From NCBI GenBank assembly GCA_049325535.1, contig JBMOKY010000001.1, forward strand, positions 221,002-285,001: 64,000 nt of DNA. The letters are read 5' to 3'. The stretch's first letter is position 1, and each line of letters starts with the position of its first letter. Both the position numbers and the translations under genes were made by a program. Under the pieces are notes generated by a model that did no database searches, was not told where the DNA came from, and was given only the letters and a program-made list of their open reading frames with translations. This document shows positions 36,371-47,671 of the stretch, in pieces. The DNA is from Patescibacteria group bacterium. GTDB lineage: Bacteria; Patescibacteriota; Patescibacteriia; UBA10025; JAHIVO01.

Positions 36371-36565
36371 TTATTTTGTTTTTTTGACGATTTTTCCCTG
36401 CTTGGTGAGGGTACGCAAAGTCCGTGCCGAAACACGGATTGTCTTTCCGTTGATGGTTACCTTTTGCAGGTTCAGCTGTTGTCGCCGTTTGGTGGCGATA
36501 TTTGAGTGGCTGCGGCTGTTTCCAGTCAGGGCTCCGCGTCCGGTGATGTGATCTTTTCTTGACAT
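36371..36565 (-). CDS. rpmB: 50S ribosomal protein L28 (Cys-free)
   Basis: [10 protein letters not shown]...[20 protein letters not shown]; start trimmed from the 120-aa ORF. Confidence 0.92.
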   Translation of the reverse strand: MSRKDHITGRGALTGNSRSHSNIATKRRQQLNLQKVTINGKTIRVSARTLRTLTKQGKIVKKTK

Positions 36566-36643
36566 AGAATTTGCACGTTTGAAGTGAAGAGTGAAATTGA
36601 GTATAATTAGCCTACCTAATTTTAAGCCTTTCGTCAAGCCATC

Positions 36644-37267
36644 ATGCTGTTTTCCCTTCTGTCCGAGCCTATGTTGCTTATGGTCTGGGTCGCGGGAATC
36701 GTCTATGCTATCACGATTCACGAATTTTCCCATGCCCTGGCCGGGTATTGGCTCGGGGATATGACCGCGCGTGATCAGAAGCGTCTAACCCTCAATCCCC
36801 TGTCACATATTGATCCATTTGGCTTTATCGTTTTATTGTTGGCTGGTTTTGGTTGGGGGAGACCCGTGCCGTTTAATCCCTATAATCTCCGCTATACCCG
36901 GTGGGGTCCGGTACTCGTGGCAATCGCCGGTCCGATTTCTAACATAGTCAGTTTCCTCATTTTTGGGTTCACCTTGAAATTTTTACTCCAGGCTGGGGTA
37001 ATCGATGAGCAGAATTTATTGACAACCTTTTTTATCGTCCTGCTGAATATCAATCTGGTGTTGGCTGTGTTTAATTTGTTCCCCGTCCCGCCTCTGGACG
37101 GATCAAAACTCATCCGGGCGTTGGCCCCGCCGCGATTTGAGCATGCGGTTTTGACACTTGAGCGATATGGCCCCTGGGTGCTGATCGCCTTTGTCATATT
37201 TGGCGGGAACCTTTTTTCGGGCTTGTTTAGCACGTTATTCAGCTGGTCATTGCGGATTTTTGGGTAA
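36644..37267 (+). CDS. Site-2 protease (M50) family metalloprotease
   Basis: [31 protein letters not shown]. Confidence 0.93.
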   Translation: MLFSLLSEPMLLMVWVAGIVYAITIHEFSHALAGYWLGDMTARDQKRLTLNPLSHIDPFGFIVLLLAGFGWGRPVPFNPYNLRYTRWGPVLVAIAGPISNIVSFLIFGFTLKFLLQAGVIDEQNLLTTFFIVLLNINLVLAVFNLFPVPPLDGSKLIRALAPPRFEHAVLTLERYGPWVLIAFVIFGGNLFSGLFSTLFSWSLRIFG

Positions 37268-37278
37268 TCCGGTAGTAT

Positions 37279-37307
37279 TTGACAGTGAGCGGGGTGGGTG
37301 GTATGAT
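37279..37307 (+). promoter_or_regulatory. str operon promoter
   Basis: TTGACA-17nt-TATGAT with TGn. Confidence 0.75.
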
Positions 37308-37356
37308 GCCCCTGCCTCGGTATCGAACTAGATACTTTTTTAGTACTCCCATTTTC

Positions 37357-37785
37357 ATGCCAAGCATCACCCAATTGGCCCGAAAGGGCAGAAAAATAAC
37401 GAAAAAGAAGTCAAAAACTCCAGCGTTGGAGCCTGTTTTAAATACTCTGAAGCGCCGCAAAAGCAATCTTCCGAAAAGCTCGCCATTCAAACGGGGCGTG
37501 TGTGTCAAAGTGACCACCGTTACCCCGAAAAAACCAAATTCGGCGCTGCGTAAAATTGCGCGTGTCCGTCTTTCGAATGGTATGGAAGTCACTGCATATA
37601 TTCCCGGTGAAGGGCATAATCTGCAGGAGCATTCTATCGTTTTGATTCGGGGCGGCAGGGTAAAGGATTTACCGGGCGTACGGTACCATATCGTACGTGG
37701 TGTGTATGATACGCAGGGCGTGGCAGACCGCCGGCAGGGACGCAGTCTCTATGGTGCTAAGCAGCCTAAAGCAGCTAAGGAGTAG
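37357..37785 (+). CDS. rpsL: 30S ribosomal protein S12
   Basis: [29 protein letters not shown]. Confidence 0.98.
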   Translation: MPSITQLARKGRKITKKKSKTPALEPVLNTLKRRKSNLPKSSPFKRGVCVKVTTVTPKKPNSALRKIARVRLSNGMEVTAYIPGEGHNLQEHSIVLIRGGRVKDLPGVRYHIVRGVYDTQGVADRRQGRSLYGAKQPKAAKE

Positions 37786-37791
37786 CGGTCT

Positions 37792-38259
37792 ATGCGTGGA
37801 AAAGCAGCGCCAAAACGCAAACCAATTGCAGATACTCGATATGAAGATATCGTGATCGGTAAATTTATAAATTTATTGATGCACGAAGGGAAGAAGCTGA
37901 TAGCGGAGCATATCCTATACAGCGCTTTTGCGATTATTGAGGAAAAGACCAAAAAAGACCCTAAACTAATTTTTGATACCGCTCTGAAAAATGTTTCGCC
38001 GGTACTCGAAGTCAAATCTCGCCGGGTGGGTGGGGCCAATTATCAGGTGCCCATCGAGGTGAAAGGTGATCGTAAGATCGCGCTGGCCATGCGCTGGATT
38101 ATAGATGCTACTCGCGCCAAGCGTGGAAAGCCGATGCATGAGAAATTGGCTCAGGAGCTGATGGATGCCGCGGACAAACAGGGCGAAGCCATGAAAAAAC
38201 GAGAGGATGTGCACCGGATGGCCGAGGCCAACCGGGCATTCGCCCATTTTGCCCGATAA
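37792..38259 (+). CDS. rpsG: 30S ribosomal protein S7
   Basis: SRRVGGANYQVP, HRMAEANRAFAH. Confidence 0.98.
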   Translation: MRGKAAPKRKPIADTRYEDIVIGKFINLLMHEGKKLIAEHILYSAFAIIEEKTKKDPKLIFDTALKNVSPVLEVKSRRVGGANYQVPIEVKGDRKIALAMRWIIDATRAKRGKPMHEKLAQELMDAADKQGEAMKKREDVHRMAEANRAFAHFAR

Positions 38260-38288
38260 TATATTGATTATTAAGTGTTTACGACCGA

Positions 38289-40382
38289 ATGCCGCGTGAA
38301 TATTCTTTAGAAAAAACTAGAAATATTGGCATCATTGCACACATTGATGCCGGAAAAACCACCGTCACCGAGCGGGTTCTTTATTATACTGGGAAAAAAC
38401 ATAAAATTGGCGAGGTTCATGAAGGTGCCGCGGAGATGGACTGGATGGAACAGGAGCGCGAACGGGGCATCACCATCACGTCTGCCGCCACCACGTGTTT
38501 CTGGAAAGAGCACCGCATCAATATCATCGATACCCCGGGTCACATCGATTTTACCGTCGAAGTGCAGCGGTCATTACGCGTGCTCGATGGCGGTTTTATC
38601 GTATTTGATGGTGTTGCCGGTGTCGAGCCACAGTCAGAAACGGTTTTTCATCAAGCGGAAAAATTTGGAGTACCGCTGATGGGTTTTGTGAATAAGATGG
38701 ATCGTACCGGAGCTGATTTCTATGCTGACGTAGCCGCTATCAAAGAGCGCCTGACCCCAAATGCCATATCGATTCAATTGCCGATTGGCGCCGAGGCAAA
38801 TTTTAAGGGGATCATTGATCTGATAGAACAGAAAGCTCGGGTGTATTCGGAGTCCGATGAGATGGGCAAAGAATGGGAAGACGTGGAAATACCTGAGGAT
38901 ATGAAGGAAAAAGTAAAGGAACACCGCCACGCGTTGATAGAAAAAATTGCTGAACAGGATGATGCATTACTCGAAAAATATTTAGCTGGTACTGAGCCGA
39001 CGGTTGCGGAGCTGAAAAAAGTGCTGCGGACCGCGACCATCAACAAAAAAATAATGCCGATTTTAGTCGGCTCCGCCCTGAAGAATAAAGGGGTTCAATT
39101 TTTACTTGATGCCGTTATCGATTATCTTCCGTCCCCCTTGGACGTCCCTCCGGTGACCGGAACCAACGAAAATGGTGAACCGGAAACGAGAAAAACCGAA
39201 GACGCCGAGCCATTAGCCGCGCTGGCTTTTAAAGTGGCTACGGATCCGTATGTTGGTACTTTGGCTTTTTTTCGGGTGTATTCCGGCACATTGCAGGCCG
39301 GTTCCTATGTGCTCAATATGACCACCGGGAACAAAGAGCGCGTGGGCCGTTTGGTACGGATGCACGCGAACCATCGAGAAGAAATCCAGGAAGTGTTTGC
39401 TGGCGATATTGCCGCAGCCGTTGGCCTGAAAAAGACTACGACAGGCGATACGCTGTGCGATCCCGAACATCCGGTTGTACTGGAATCAATCGAATTTCCC
39501 GATCCGGTTATTTCCGTGGCTATCGAGCCAAAAACGAAGCAGGATCAGGAAAAAATGGGCATGGCATTACAGAAATTGGCTGAGGAAGATCCTACATTTC
39601 GCGTGCATTCTGACGAAGAAACGAATCAAACCATCATCGAGGGTATGGGCGAATTACATCTGGACATCATCGTGGATCGGATGAAGCGGGAGTTTAAAGT
39701 CGAAGCAAACGTTGGTCGTCCGCAGGTAGCCTATAAAGAGACAATTGCGAAAGCGGCCGAAGCAGAAGGAAAATATATTCGTCAGTCAGGCGGTCGAGGC
39801 CAATATGGCCATTGTGTCATTCGTGTCGAGCCGAAGGAACGGGGCGAAGGATTTGAGTTTGAAAATGAAGTAAAAGGAGGCAATATCCCCGCGGAGTATA
39901 TACCGCCCATCGAGAAGGGCATCAAAGAGGCGCTGGATCGGGGCGTGCTGGCCCACTATCCGATGATCGACCTGAAGGCTACATTGCTTGATGGGAGCTA
40001 TCATGAGGTCGATTCGTCCGAAGCTGCTTTCAAAATCGCCGGTTCCATGGCTCTCCAGGCCGCCGCGCGCAAGGCCGGATTACAGCTTCTGGAGCCAATT
40101 ATGAAAGTAGAGGTAGTGACGCCAGAGCAGTTTATGGGTGATGTGATTGGCGATCTCAATTCGAAGCGGGCAACTATTCAGGAAATGCGTGATCGTGGTA
40201 CCATGAAAGTGATTGACGCAGAGGTGCCGCTGGCCGAAATGTTTGGGTATGCCACCCAACTTCGCTCCATGTCGCAGGGGCGCGCCTCATATTCCATGGA
40301 ATTTGCAAATTATCAGGTAGTGCCGAATAATATCGTCCAGACGATTGTTGGTGATGGGGAAAAGGCGCCAGCCAAAAAATAA
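38289..40382 (+). CDS. fusA: Elongation factor G
   Basis: [30 protein letters not shown]. Confidence 0.98.
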   Translation: MPREYSLEKTRNIGIIAHIDAGKTTVTERVLYYTGKKHKIGEVHEGAAEMDWMEQERERGITITSAATTCFWKEHRINIIDTPGHIDFTVEVQRSLRVLDGGFIVFDGVAGVEPQSETVFHQAEKFGVPLMGFVNKMDRTGADFYADVAAIKERLTPNAISIQLPIGAEANFKGIIDLIEQKARVYSESDEMGKEWEDVEIPEDMKEKVKEHRHALIEKIAEQDDALLEKYLAGTEPTVAELKKVLRTATINKKIMPILVGSALKNKGVQFLLDAVIDYLPSPLDVPPVTGTNENGEPETRKTEDAEPLAALAFKVATDPYVGTLAFFRVYSGTLQAGSYVLNMTTGNKERVGRLVRMHANHREEIQEVFAGDIAAAVGLKKTTTGDTLCDPEHPVVLESIEFPDPVISVAIEPKTKQDQEKMGMALQKLAEEDPTFRVHSDEETNQTIIEGMGELHLDIIVDRMKREFKVEANVGRPQVAYKETIAKAAEAEGKYIRQSGGRGQYGHCVIRVEPKERGEGFEFENEVKGGNIPAEYIPPIEKGIKEALDRGVLAHYPMIDLKATLLDGSYHEVDSSEAAFKIAGSMALQAAARKAGLQLLEPIMKVEVVTPEQFMGDVIGDLNSKRATIQEMRDRGTMKVIDAEVPLAEMFGYATQLRSMSQGRASYSMEFANYQVVPNNIVQTIVGDGEKAPAKK

Positions 40383-40397
40383 CCATACCGCTTCATT

Positions 40398-40934
40398 ATG
40401 GCGGAGGTACGATCAAAGAAAATGCAAGTTTGGAGCAGCGTAGTGCTGCTCGTCGTGGTCGGATTCTTGCTGGGCGTGTATTTTCTCTGGATGGCACAGC
40501 GTGATGATCCTGAACCCGCCATCCTGACCAGCCCAAATGCGACTCAGTCGGAGATGGACGTGATATATAAGACCTTTGCCAATGAAGAATATGGATTTCG
40601 GGTGCAGTATCCCCAGGATTGGTTAGTTGAGGAGTCTACCTCAGGAACCGGGTCGGGAAGCATCTATTCAGTTCAACTGCGAGGTGATTCCTACGGGATT
40701 ACCATCAGTGTCATGCCTGAGACGCTGGAATCGATCGTGCGCAATTCGATTTCCATACAGCAGGAAACCCAGATTGATGTGCACGGCCGTACCGGAACGC
40801 GACTGACCGGGACTGACGCACATGACGGATCGCCGTACTCGGTGGTGCTGATTCGGCGGGATGAAACCCTCTTTGCCATAAGCGGTGGTGGACAGATGTT
40901 CGATGAGGTTGTAAACTATTTTGAACTTATCTAG
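40398..40934 (+). CDS. Membrane-anchored PsbP-like secreted protein
   Basis: N-terminal TM; YKTFANEEYGFRVQYPQDW; C-terminal FDEVVNYFEL. Confidence 0.65.
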   Translation: MAEVRSKKMQVWSSVVLLVVVGFLLGVYFLWMAQRDDPEPAILTSPNATQSEMDVIYKTFANEEYGFRVQYPQDWLVEESTSGTGSGSIYSVQLRGDSYGITISVMPETLESIVRNSISIQQETQIDVHGRTGTRLTGTDAHDGSPYSVVLIRRDETLFAISGGGQMFDEVVNYFELI

Positions 40935-40970
40935 CTATCCACACCACTTGGGGATAAGACGGACGTTTGC

Positions 40971-41062
40971 TCATCATCATATTTATTCCCAGAATTATTT
41001 TTTCGCTAACTTTAGCGAAAATAAAACCCTGCTCCTTACATTTCGGGGAAATATGATGATGA
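40971..41062. repeat. Nested inverted repeats upstream of the tuf promoter
   Basis: 14-bp perfect IR TCATCATCATATTT/AAATATGATGATGA enclosing TTTTCGCTAA-CT-TTAGCGAAAA. Confidence 0.7.
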
Positions 41063-41077
41063 TTAAGCGCCTGAATC

Positions 41078-41106
41078 TTGATTCGACTTGACAAGGCTGC
41101 TATAAT
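41078..41106 (+). promoter_or_regulatory. tuf promoter
   Basis: TTGATT-17nt-TATAAT with TGn. Confidence 0.7.
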
Positions 41107-41168
41107 CGATAATGCTATTTACTCACATAGTTTAATTATTTAGTTCAAAATTTAAGGAAACGATTTGT

Positions 41169-42353
41169 ATGGCAGAAAAATTTGACCGCTCTAAACCACA
41201 CGTTAACGTTGGCACCATTGGTCATGTCGATCACGGTAAAACCACGTTGACCGCGGCAATACTGAAAACCCTCGCAGATAAGGGTATGATTGCCCAGGCA
41301 AAATCAGTGGATCAGATCGACAATGCTCCGGAAGAAAAAGAGCGTGGAATCACCATCGCTACTGCACACGTCGAATATCAAACTGACAAACGGCACTATG
41401 CCCACATTGACTGTCCGGGTCATGCCGATTATGTAAAAAACATGATTACCGGCGCTGCTCAGATGGACGGTGCCATTCTCGTCGTATCTGCTGCAGACGG
41501 CCCCATGCCCCAGACGCGCGAGCATATTTTGCTGGCTCGTCAGGTCGGTGTGCCGTATATTGTCGTATTCCTGAACAAGGTAGATATGGTAGATGATCAG
41601 GAGCTGATTGACCTCGTTGAAGTTGAAGTACGCGATTTATTGAAGAAATACGAGTTCCCTGGTGATGAAGTCCCGGTGATCAAAGGTTCAGCCCTCAAGG
41701 CGCTCGAAGGTGATGCAAAAGCGCAGGAAGCAATCATGGAATTGATGAAAGCGCTTGATGAAAAAGTTCCTGAACCCGTTCGTGACGTGGAAAAACCATT
41801 TCTGATGCCTATTGAAGACATTTTCTCGATTGAGGGTCGCGGCACAGTCGTCACTGGCCGTGTAGAACGCGGTATGGCTAAGGTAAATGAAGAAGTCGAG
41901 ATTGTCGGTATGCGCGAAACCAGCAAAACGGTTATTACGGGTATCGAAATGTTTAACAAAGAACTAGATGAAGCGCGGGCAGGTGATAATGCTGGTATTT
42001 TACTGCGTGGGACGAAAAAGGAAGATGTCGAACGCGGACAGGTGCTGTCAAAGCCGGGTACGGTAACACCCCATACTGAATTTGAATGTGAAGTCATCAT
42101 TTTGACCAAGGAGGAAGGTGGTCGTCACACCCCGTTTTTCAAAGGCTACAAACCGCAATTCTATATTCGAACCACGGATGTGACGGGTGAGGTGATTTTG
42201 CCGGAAGGTACCGAAATGGTCATGCCAGGCGACACTATCAAATTATCAGTGAAACTTATTGTGCCGGTCGCACTCGAAGAACAGCAGCGCTTTGCCATCC
42301 GTGAAGGTGGCCATACTGTCGGCGCAGGTGTCGTGACCAAGATAAGCAAGTAA
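41169..42353 (+). CDS. tuf: Elongation factor Tu
   Basis: [26 protein letters not shown]. Confidence 0.99.
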   Translation: MAEKFDRSKPHVNVGTIGHVDHGKTTLTAAILKTLADKGMIAQAKSVDQIDNAPEEKERGITIATAHVEYQTDKRHYAHIDCPGHADYVKNMITGAAQMDGAILVVSAADGPMPQTREHILLARQVGVPYIVVFLNKVDMVDDQELIDLVEVEVRDLLKKYEFPGDEVPVIKGSALKALEGDAKAQEAIMELMKALDEKVPEPVRDVEKPFLMPIEDIFSIEGRGTVVTGRVERGMAKVNEEVEIVGMRETSKTVITGIEMFNKELDEARAGDNAGILLRGTKKEDVERGQVLSKPGTVTPHTEFECEVIILTKEEGGRHTPFFKGYKPQFYIRTTDVTGEVILPEGTEMVMPGDTIKLSVKLIVPVALEEQQRFAIREGGHTVGAGVVTKISK

Positions 42354-42429
42354 ATCATGAGGAAATTCCAGCTCAGTCTGGAATTTTCTTGCAATCTAGC
42401 GCTCATTTGCTGATCGTTCAACAATACAC

Positions 42430-42774
42430 ATGACAACAGACCAACAAGTAACTCCAAAAGAAAACGAAGAAATCCAGCGTGTTCGTATTCGTATCCGCGC
42501 TTATGATCACAAAATCATCGATCAGTCGACGAGGACGATTCTGGACACGGCACAACGCTCAGGCGCGATGACCAAGGGTCCCATCCCCCTACCGACGGAA
42601 AAGAAAAAATACACGGTCAACAAATCGACATTTGTCCATAAAGATTCACGGGAACAGTATGAGATGCGGATTCACAAGCGCTTGATTGACATCATCAATC
42701 CGACTCCAAAAACTATTGACGCCATGATGAACCTGAATCTGCCTGCGGGCGTCGATGTCGAGATCAAAATGTAA
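42430..42774 (+). CDS. rpsJ: 30S ribosomal protein S10
   Basis: [29 protein letters not shown]. Confidence 0.97.
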   Translation: MTTDQQVTPKENEEIQRVRIRIRAYDHKIIDQSTRTILDTAQRSGAMTKGPIPLPTEKKKYTVNKSTFVHKDSREQYEMRIHKRLIDIINPTPKTIDAMMNLNLPAGVDVEIKM

Positions 42775-42814
42775 TGCGGGTTTGATCCGCAAAAAATAAA
42801 AGCAGTGAATAGGT

Positions 42815-42942
42815 TCTAAGGATGATAATACCTGCTCATCGGATGTGCTAATCCTTAGATAACGATTTGCTAGTAGTGAAGCCGGTTAAGCCGTCTACAA
42901 CTCTGGCAAAAGGAGAAAAGTGACTAACCGGTTTTTAGTTAC
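42815..42942 (+). promoter_or_regulatory. Structured rpsJ-rplC intergenic leader
   Basis: Stems TCTAAGGAT/ATCCTTAGA, TTTGCTAG/CTGGCAAA and GTGACTAA/TTAGTTAC. Confidence 0.45.
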
Positions 42943-42955
42943 GTCAGCCACATAC

Positions 42956-43702
42956 ATGAAATTTATTCTCGCAAAAAAAATTGAAATGACCCAGCGCTTT
43001 GCCGAAGACGGAGCAGTTACTCCAGTGACGGTCGTCGAGGCTGGCCCGTGCGTGGTGACCCAGGTGCGTTCTGCTGAGCAGGATGGGTATACTGCCATCC
43101 AAGTAGGATTTGGTGAACGAAAGCATCTGGCGAAACCCCAGCGTGGCCACGCAAAAGATTTAGGTGCTCCGCGGTTTGTGCGTGAATTCCGCGTGGCTGA
43201 TGCCGGTGCAGTCAAGCGCGGAGATCGGATTACCGTCCAGGCATTTACGGCGGGGGATATCGTGCAGGTGGTCGGGGTATCAAAAGGAAAAGGATATCAA
43301 GGTGTCGTGAGACGGCATGGATTCGGTGGTTCAAAGGCAACTCATGGCAATAAAGATCAGCTGCGGACATCGGGATCCATCGGTGCAACCGATGCCGCCC
43401 GCGTATTTAAAGGCCGGCGGATGGCCGGGCACATGGGTACTGATCGGGTCACCATAAAAAATCTTTCCATTATTGATATTGATACGGAACATAATTTACT
43501 CTATGTCAAAGGCGCAGTACCGGGTGCCCGCAATGGTCTATTACTGATTTCCGGTGATGGCGAATTGGTTATCGAAACCCCGGTGACCGAACAGAAACCG
43601 ACCAGTGAAGCATCTGTTCCGGTGGCTCCCGCAGTAGAAACCGCCGCCACTCAATCCGAGGTGCCCGCAACGCCCGAGGAGAACAAACCAACTACAAAAT
43701 AG
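42956..43702 (+). CDS. rplC: 50S ribosomal protein L3 with a C-terminal low-complexity extension (alternative GTG start at 42920)
   Basis: GY.AIQVG, SKGKGYQG, MAGHMG, KGAVPG. Confidence 0.97.
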   Translation: MKFILAKKIEMTQRFAEDGAVTPVTVVEAGPCVVTQVRSAEQDGYTAIQVGFGERKHLAKPQRGHAKDLGAPRFVREFRVADAGAVKRGDRITVQAFTAGDIVQVVGVSKGKGYQGVVRRHGFGGSKATHGNKDQLRTSGSIGATDAARVFKGRRMAGHMGTDRVTIKNLSIIDIDTEHNLLYVKGAVPGARNGLLLISGDGELVIETPVTEQKPTSEASVPVAPAVETAATQSEVPATPEENKPTTK

Positions 43703-43703
43703 T

Positions 43704-44333
43704 ATGCATACCGTCCCTGTCTACAATCAAACCGGAAGCAAAGTCGGCGATGTAACACTTGAGGATACGTTGTTTAATGTGAAGGTGAAACCGCTGGTGG
43801 TACAGCAGGCCATTCGCACCATTCAGGCAAACCGGAGACAGCCGATCGCCCATACCAAGGATCGCTCTGACGTACGCGGGGGTGGTAAGAAACCATGGCG
43901 TCAGAAGGGGACCGGCCGTGCTCGTCACGGATCCAGCCGTTCACCGCTATGGATTGGTGGCGGAGTCACATTTGGCCCGACGAAAGAGCGTAATTTCAGT
44001 CTGAAGATGAACCGGAAGGCAAAGCGAGCGGCATTATTCATGGGCTTGACTGATAAAGCCCAGGACAAGAAAATCGTGGTATTGGATACGCTTTCACTGC
44101 CATCGATAAAGACTAAAATGCTTGCTGATATGCTGAAGAAGCTGCCGGTGAAAAAAACAGTGCTATTGATTTTACCTAGTGTGGATCAGGCAGTTATCAA
44201 ATCAGCACGTAATATTCCCAGTCTGACTACTATCCAGGCGTCCAGCCTGAATATCGAAGCTATATTGAAGCATGAGTATATGCTGCTTCCGCAAGCGAGT
44301 TTAGATACCCTGAAGAAAACTTTTTTGAAATAA
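43704..44333 (+). CDS. rplD: 50S ribosomal protein L4
   Basis: GGGKKPWRQKGTGRARHGS. Confidence 0.97.
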   Translation: MHTVPVYNQTGSKVGDVTLEDTLFNVKVKPLVVQQAIRTIQANRRQPIAHTKDRSDVRGGGKKPWRQKGTGRARHGSSRSPLWIGGGVTFGPTKERNFSLKMNRKAKRAALFMGLTDKAQDKKIVVLDTLSLPSIKTKMLADMLKKLPVKKTVLLILPSVDQAVIKSARNIPSLTTIQASSLNIEAILKHEYMLLPQASLDTLKKTFLK

Positions 44334-44334
44334 C

Positions 44335-44835
44335 ATGAGCCTGCTCGATTCATTCAAACGAAAGAAAAAGGACGTTGCCTCTGCGAAATCAGGCACGGAA
44401 AAGGCTGCTCCGGAAAAAACGGAAACAATTCGGGAAACGGTGGTCACCCCCGAGGGGAAGATGGTTGCAGTGGAAAAAAAAGTAACCGCAAAATCCGCCA
44501 AGGAAAAGGAAAAGGAAAAGAAAACCGGTAAGCCGAAAAAAGAAAATACCGCCCAGGCGTATCACGTGCTACTGCATCCGCTCGTTTCGGAGAAAGGGTC
44601 GTTTCTGGCTATGTATAATCAATACGCTTTTGCGGTCCACCCTGACACGAATAAGATCGAAATTCGTAAAGCCATCAAGGCGGTCTATGGGGTCGATCCG
44701 ACCGACGTCAATATCATGAATGTGTCAGGCAAGTGGATACGGTATGGTCGAAATGAAGGGCGCACGAAAAATTGGAAAAAGGCGATTGTTACCCTGCCCG
44801 AGGGCCAAAAGATTGATATTCAAGAAGGATTATAA
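44335..44835 (+). CDS. rplW: 50S ribosomal protein L23 with a ~70-aa N-terminal extension
   Basis: P.VSEK, NK.EI, WKKAIVTL core preceded by a Lys/Glu/Thr-rich segment. Confidence 0.93.
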   Translation: MSLLDSFKRKKKDVASAKSGTEKAAPEKTETIRETVVTPEGKMVAVEKKVTAKSAKEKEKEKKTGKPKKENTAQAYHVLLHPLVSEKGSFLAMYNQYAFAVHPDTNKIEIRKAIKAVYGVDPTDVNIMNVSGKWIRYGRNEGRTKNWKKAIVTLPEGQKIDIQEGL

Positions 44836-44841
44836 AATTCC

Positions 44842-45675
44842 ATGGCAATCAAGCAATACAAACCAACTACCCCCGGACGACGTTTTGCATCAGTTGTCGA
44901 CTATAGCGAATTGACTGACAAACGGCCGGAACGCAGTTTGATCAAGCCGCGTAAACGATTTGGCGGCCGGAATGCGTCGGGTAAAATTACCGTGCGGCAC
45001 AAGGGTGGCGGGCACAAGCGTTTTTACCGAATGATTGACAGCTTTCGTGAGCGTTTTGATCAACCGGCGCAGGTCATTGCTGTCGAGTATGATCCGAATC
45101 GTACCGCGTGGATTGCATTGGTGCAGTACACCGATGGTGAAAAGCGGTACATCGTCGCTCCGGCAGGATTGAAAGTTGGCGATGTCGTCATTTCGTCGAT
45201 TACTGAAGCGGAAATAAAGACCGGTAATCGACTGCCCTTGCACAAAATCCCAGTCGGTGTCATGGTACACGATATTCAGATGAAACCTGGCGCACGCGGC
45301 ACGGTGGTGCGGTCAGCCGGCTCCAGCGCGTTGATCCAATCTGTCGAAGGACCTCATGCCCAAGTCAAATTGCCTTCCGGTGAAATTAAGCTTTTTAGCC
45401 GGGATTGTATGGCCACTATTGGTCAGGTATCAAATATCGACCATGGGAATGTTCGGGTCGGCAAGGCTGGCAAAAAGCGATGGAAAGGCATCAGACCGAC
45501 TGTTACCGGTAAATCAATGAATCCAGTTGATCATCCGCATGGTGGTGGTGAAGGGCATACACCTATCGGCTTGAAGCACCCGAAGACAAAATGGGGCAAA
45601 CCCGCCATTGGTGTACGCACCCGTCGGGCTCATCGCCGATCCGATCGATTTATAATTAAGCGCCGTCGCGCATAA
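44842..45675 (+). CDS. rplB: 50S ribosomal protein L2
   Basis: EYDPNR, MNPVDHPHGGGEG. Confidence 0.98.
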   Translation: MAIKQYKPTTPGRRFASVVDYSELTDKRPERSLIKPRKRFGGRNASGKITVRHKGGGHKRFYRMIDSFRERFDQPAQVIAVEYDPNRTAWIALVQYTDGEKRYIVAPAGLKVGDVVISSITEAEIKTGNRLPLHKIPVGVMVHDIQMKPGARGTVVRSAGSSALIQSVEGPHAQVKLPSGEIKLFSRDCMATIGQVSNIDHGNVRVGKAGKKRWKGIRPTVTGKSMNPVDHPHGGGEGHTPIGLKHPKTKWGKPAIGVRTRRAHRRSDRFIIKRRRA

Positions 45676-45687
45676 TCGCCTGACGTT

Positions 45688-46026
45688 ATGTCACGAAGTC
45701 TCAAAAAAGGACCTTTTACTGATCCGAAGCTCCTGAAGAAAATGGAGAAGATTAAAGCCGGCGATCATACGGTGATAAAAACATGGTCGCGCTCCTCAGT
45801 CATCACTCCGGAAATGGTTGGTTTCACGTTCGGAGTACATAATGGCCGCGAACATATTGCTGTCACGGTGGTCGAGGATATGGTGGGTCATAAACTCGGT
45901 GAGTTTTCACCAACACGAAAATTTGTCACTCATGGCGGTCGGATGCAGAAAGAGCAGGAAGCTGCGGCTGCCGAGGCTCAGAAGAAACAGGTGACAAGCG
46001 CACAGGAAAAAGTAGCCGGTAAATAA
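45688..46026 (+). CDS. rpsS: 30S ribosomal protein S19 (C-terminal extension)
   Basis: [22 protein letters not shown]. Confidence 0.97.
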   Translation: MSRSLKKGPFTDPKLLKKMEKIKAGDHTVIKTWSRSSVITPEMVGFTFGVHNGREHIAVTVVEDMVGHKLGEFSPTRKFVTHGGRMQKEQEAAAAEAQKKQVTSAQEKVAGK

Positions 46027-46034
46027 TTATATCC

Positions 46035-46592
46035 ATGGAAGTTTCAGCCACATTACGATATTTACGCATGTCACCACGGAAAGTCCGTGTGGTGGCGGAT
46101 GCTATTCGGCGCATGCGCGCTGTTGATGCGGAATACCAGCTGCAGTTCATGTCCCGTGATGCGTCGGAACCGATGCTGAAATTGCTGCGTTCCGCCATCG
46201 CCAATGCGGAAAATAATAATGAATTGAAAAAAGAGAATTTATTTGTACGGAGCGTATTTGTCAATCAAGGACCGACACTGAAGCGCTTTCGCGCGCGGGC
46301 ATTTGGCCGGGCAGCGGAGATTCGCAAACGATCATCTCATATCACCATCGTGCTGGATGAACTGAAGCCGTCCAAACAACCTTCAGCACTGAAGAAATCA
46401 GCCACGGTGTCCAAATCGAAGAAGAAGTCTACCGAAGCACGACCGGTGGTCGATTATAAAGATATAAAACGTGAAGCCAAGGGTCCGGAACAGAAACGGG
46501 AGGGCGGGGAAGTCAGTGAACCACAGGCCAAACAGCATCAGACGAAAGCGGCCGGAAAAGAAACATTTAGCCGAAGATTAGGAGATAGTTAA
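46035..46592 (+). CDS. rplV: 50S ribosomal protein L22 with a ~75-aa C-terminal extension
   Basis: SPRKVR, SAIANAE, RAFGRA..I.KR.SHITI. Confidence 0.95.
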   Translation: MEVSATLRYLRMSPRKVRVVADAIRRMRAVDAEYQLQFMSRDASEPMLKLLRSAIANAENNNELKKENLFVRSVFVNQGPTLKRFRARAFGRAAEIRKRSSHITIVLDELKPSKQPSALKKSATVSKSKKKSTEARPVVDYKDIKREAKGPEQKREGGEVSEPQAKQHQTKAAGKETFSRRLGDS

Positions 46593-46598
46593 AATAGT

Positions 46599-47258
46599 AT
46601 GGGACATAAAGTACATCCACGAGCATTTCGAATCGGAGTCCTGCATGGCTGGAAGTCTAAGTGGTTTGCCCGCAAAGACTACGCGTTACTGCTCGAACAG
46701 GACATAAAAATCCGCAAATTTCTACTGAAAAAGTTGCGGGAAGCCGGCATAGGCAATATCACCATCGAGCGTTCTGCCAGTGGTATCACGGTCAATGTGT
46801 TTACATCAAAGCCGGGAATCGTCATCGGTCGTGGGGGGACAGGGGCTGAAGAACTGAAAAAAGAGCTGCAGAAGAAATTTCTCGATAAAAAGACGAAAAT
46901 AGCGCTGAATATTCATGAAGTGACACAGCCGTTCCTCAATTCTCAATTAGTTGCTTATTCCATCATTGAGCAGCTGGAAAAACGCATTCCTTTTCGACGC
47001 GCCGCCAAACGTTCTATTGAGCAGGTGATGCAGGCTGGGGCGCGTGGCGTAAAGATTATTATTTCTGGCCGGCTCAATGGAGCGGAGATTGCACGCACAG
47101 AAAAGTTTTCTGAAGGTTCGGTCCCGTTGCACACTTTGCGCGCTGACATCGATTTCGGCCGCGGCGCAGCTCATACGACGTATGGCATGATTGGAGTCAA
47201 GGTGTGGATTTATAAAGGGGAAGTATTTGAAAAAGATACTAACGAAGAAAACGTTTAA
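46599..47258 (+). CDS. rpsC: 30S ribosomal protein S3
   Basis: [33 protein letters not shown]. Confidence 0.98.
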   Translation: MGHKVHPRAFRIGVLHGWKSKWFARKDYALLLEQDIKIRKFLLKKLREAGIGNITIERSASGITVNVFTSKPGIVIGRGGTGAEELKKELQKKFLDKKTKIALNIHEVTQPFLNSQLVAYSIIEQLEKRIPFRRAAKRSIEQVMQAGARGVKIIISGRLNGAEIARTEKFSEGSVPLHTLRADIDFGRGAAHTTYGMIGVKVWIYKGEVFEKDTNEENV

Positions 47259-47260
47259 GT

Positions 47261-47668
47261 ATGTTGGTTCCGAAAAAAGTTAAACATCGAAAATGGCACA
47301 AAGGCCGCATGCGTGGTCGGGCAATGGCGATGAATACCATCGATTTTGGGAGCTATGGCCTCAAATCCATGGATCGCGGTTGGATCAGCTCACGACAGAT
47401 CGAGGCAGCCCGTCGCGCCATGACTCGCTACATCCAGAAGGGCGGTAAAATATGGATTCGGATCTTCCCTGATAAGCCAATAACGACGCACGGCTCTGAA
47501 GTGCCGATGGGTGGCGGCAAGGGAAGCGTCGATCATTATGTTGCTGTGGTCAAACCGGGTACGGTCATGTTTGAGATGGATGGCGTGCCGCACAATACCG
47601 CCAAGGAAGCATTTCGGTTGGCAGCTCATAAGCTCTCGGTTCGCACCCAATTTATTTCAAAAATGTAA
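47261..47668 (+). CDS. rplP: 50S ribosomal protein L16
   Basis: [21 protein letters not shown]. Confidence 0.98.
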   Translation: MLVPKKVKHRKWHKGRMRGRAMAMNTIDFGSYGLKSMDRGWISSRQIEAARRAMTRYIQKGGKIWIRIFPDKPITTHGSEVPMGGGKGSVDHYVAVVKPGTVMFEMDGVPHNTAKEAFRLAAHKLSVRTQFISKM

Positions 47669-47671
47669 GCC

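Noticed and set aside
36371-36733. 120-aa extended L28, and similar N-terminal extensions in the ORF track for rpsL, pilA, pilD, rplU and the polyprenyl synthase
   Set aside because: The extensions run through promoters or overlap neighbouring genes; downstream ATGs match the family N-termini.
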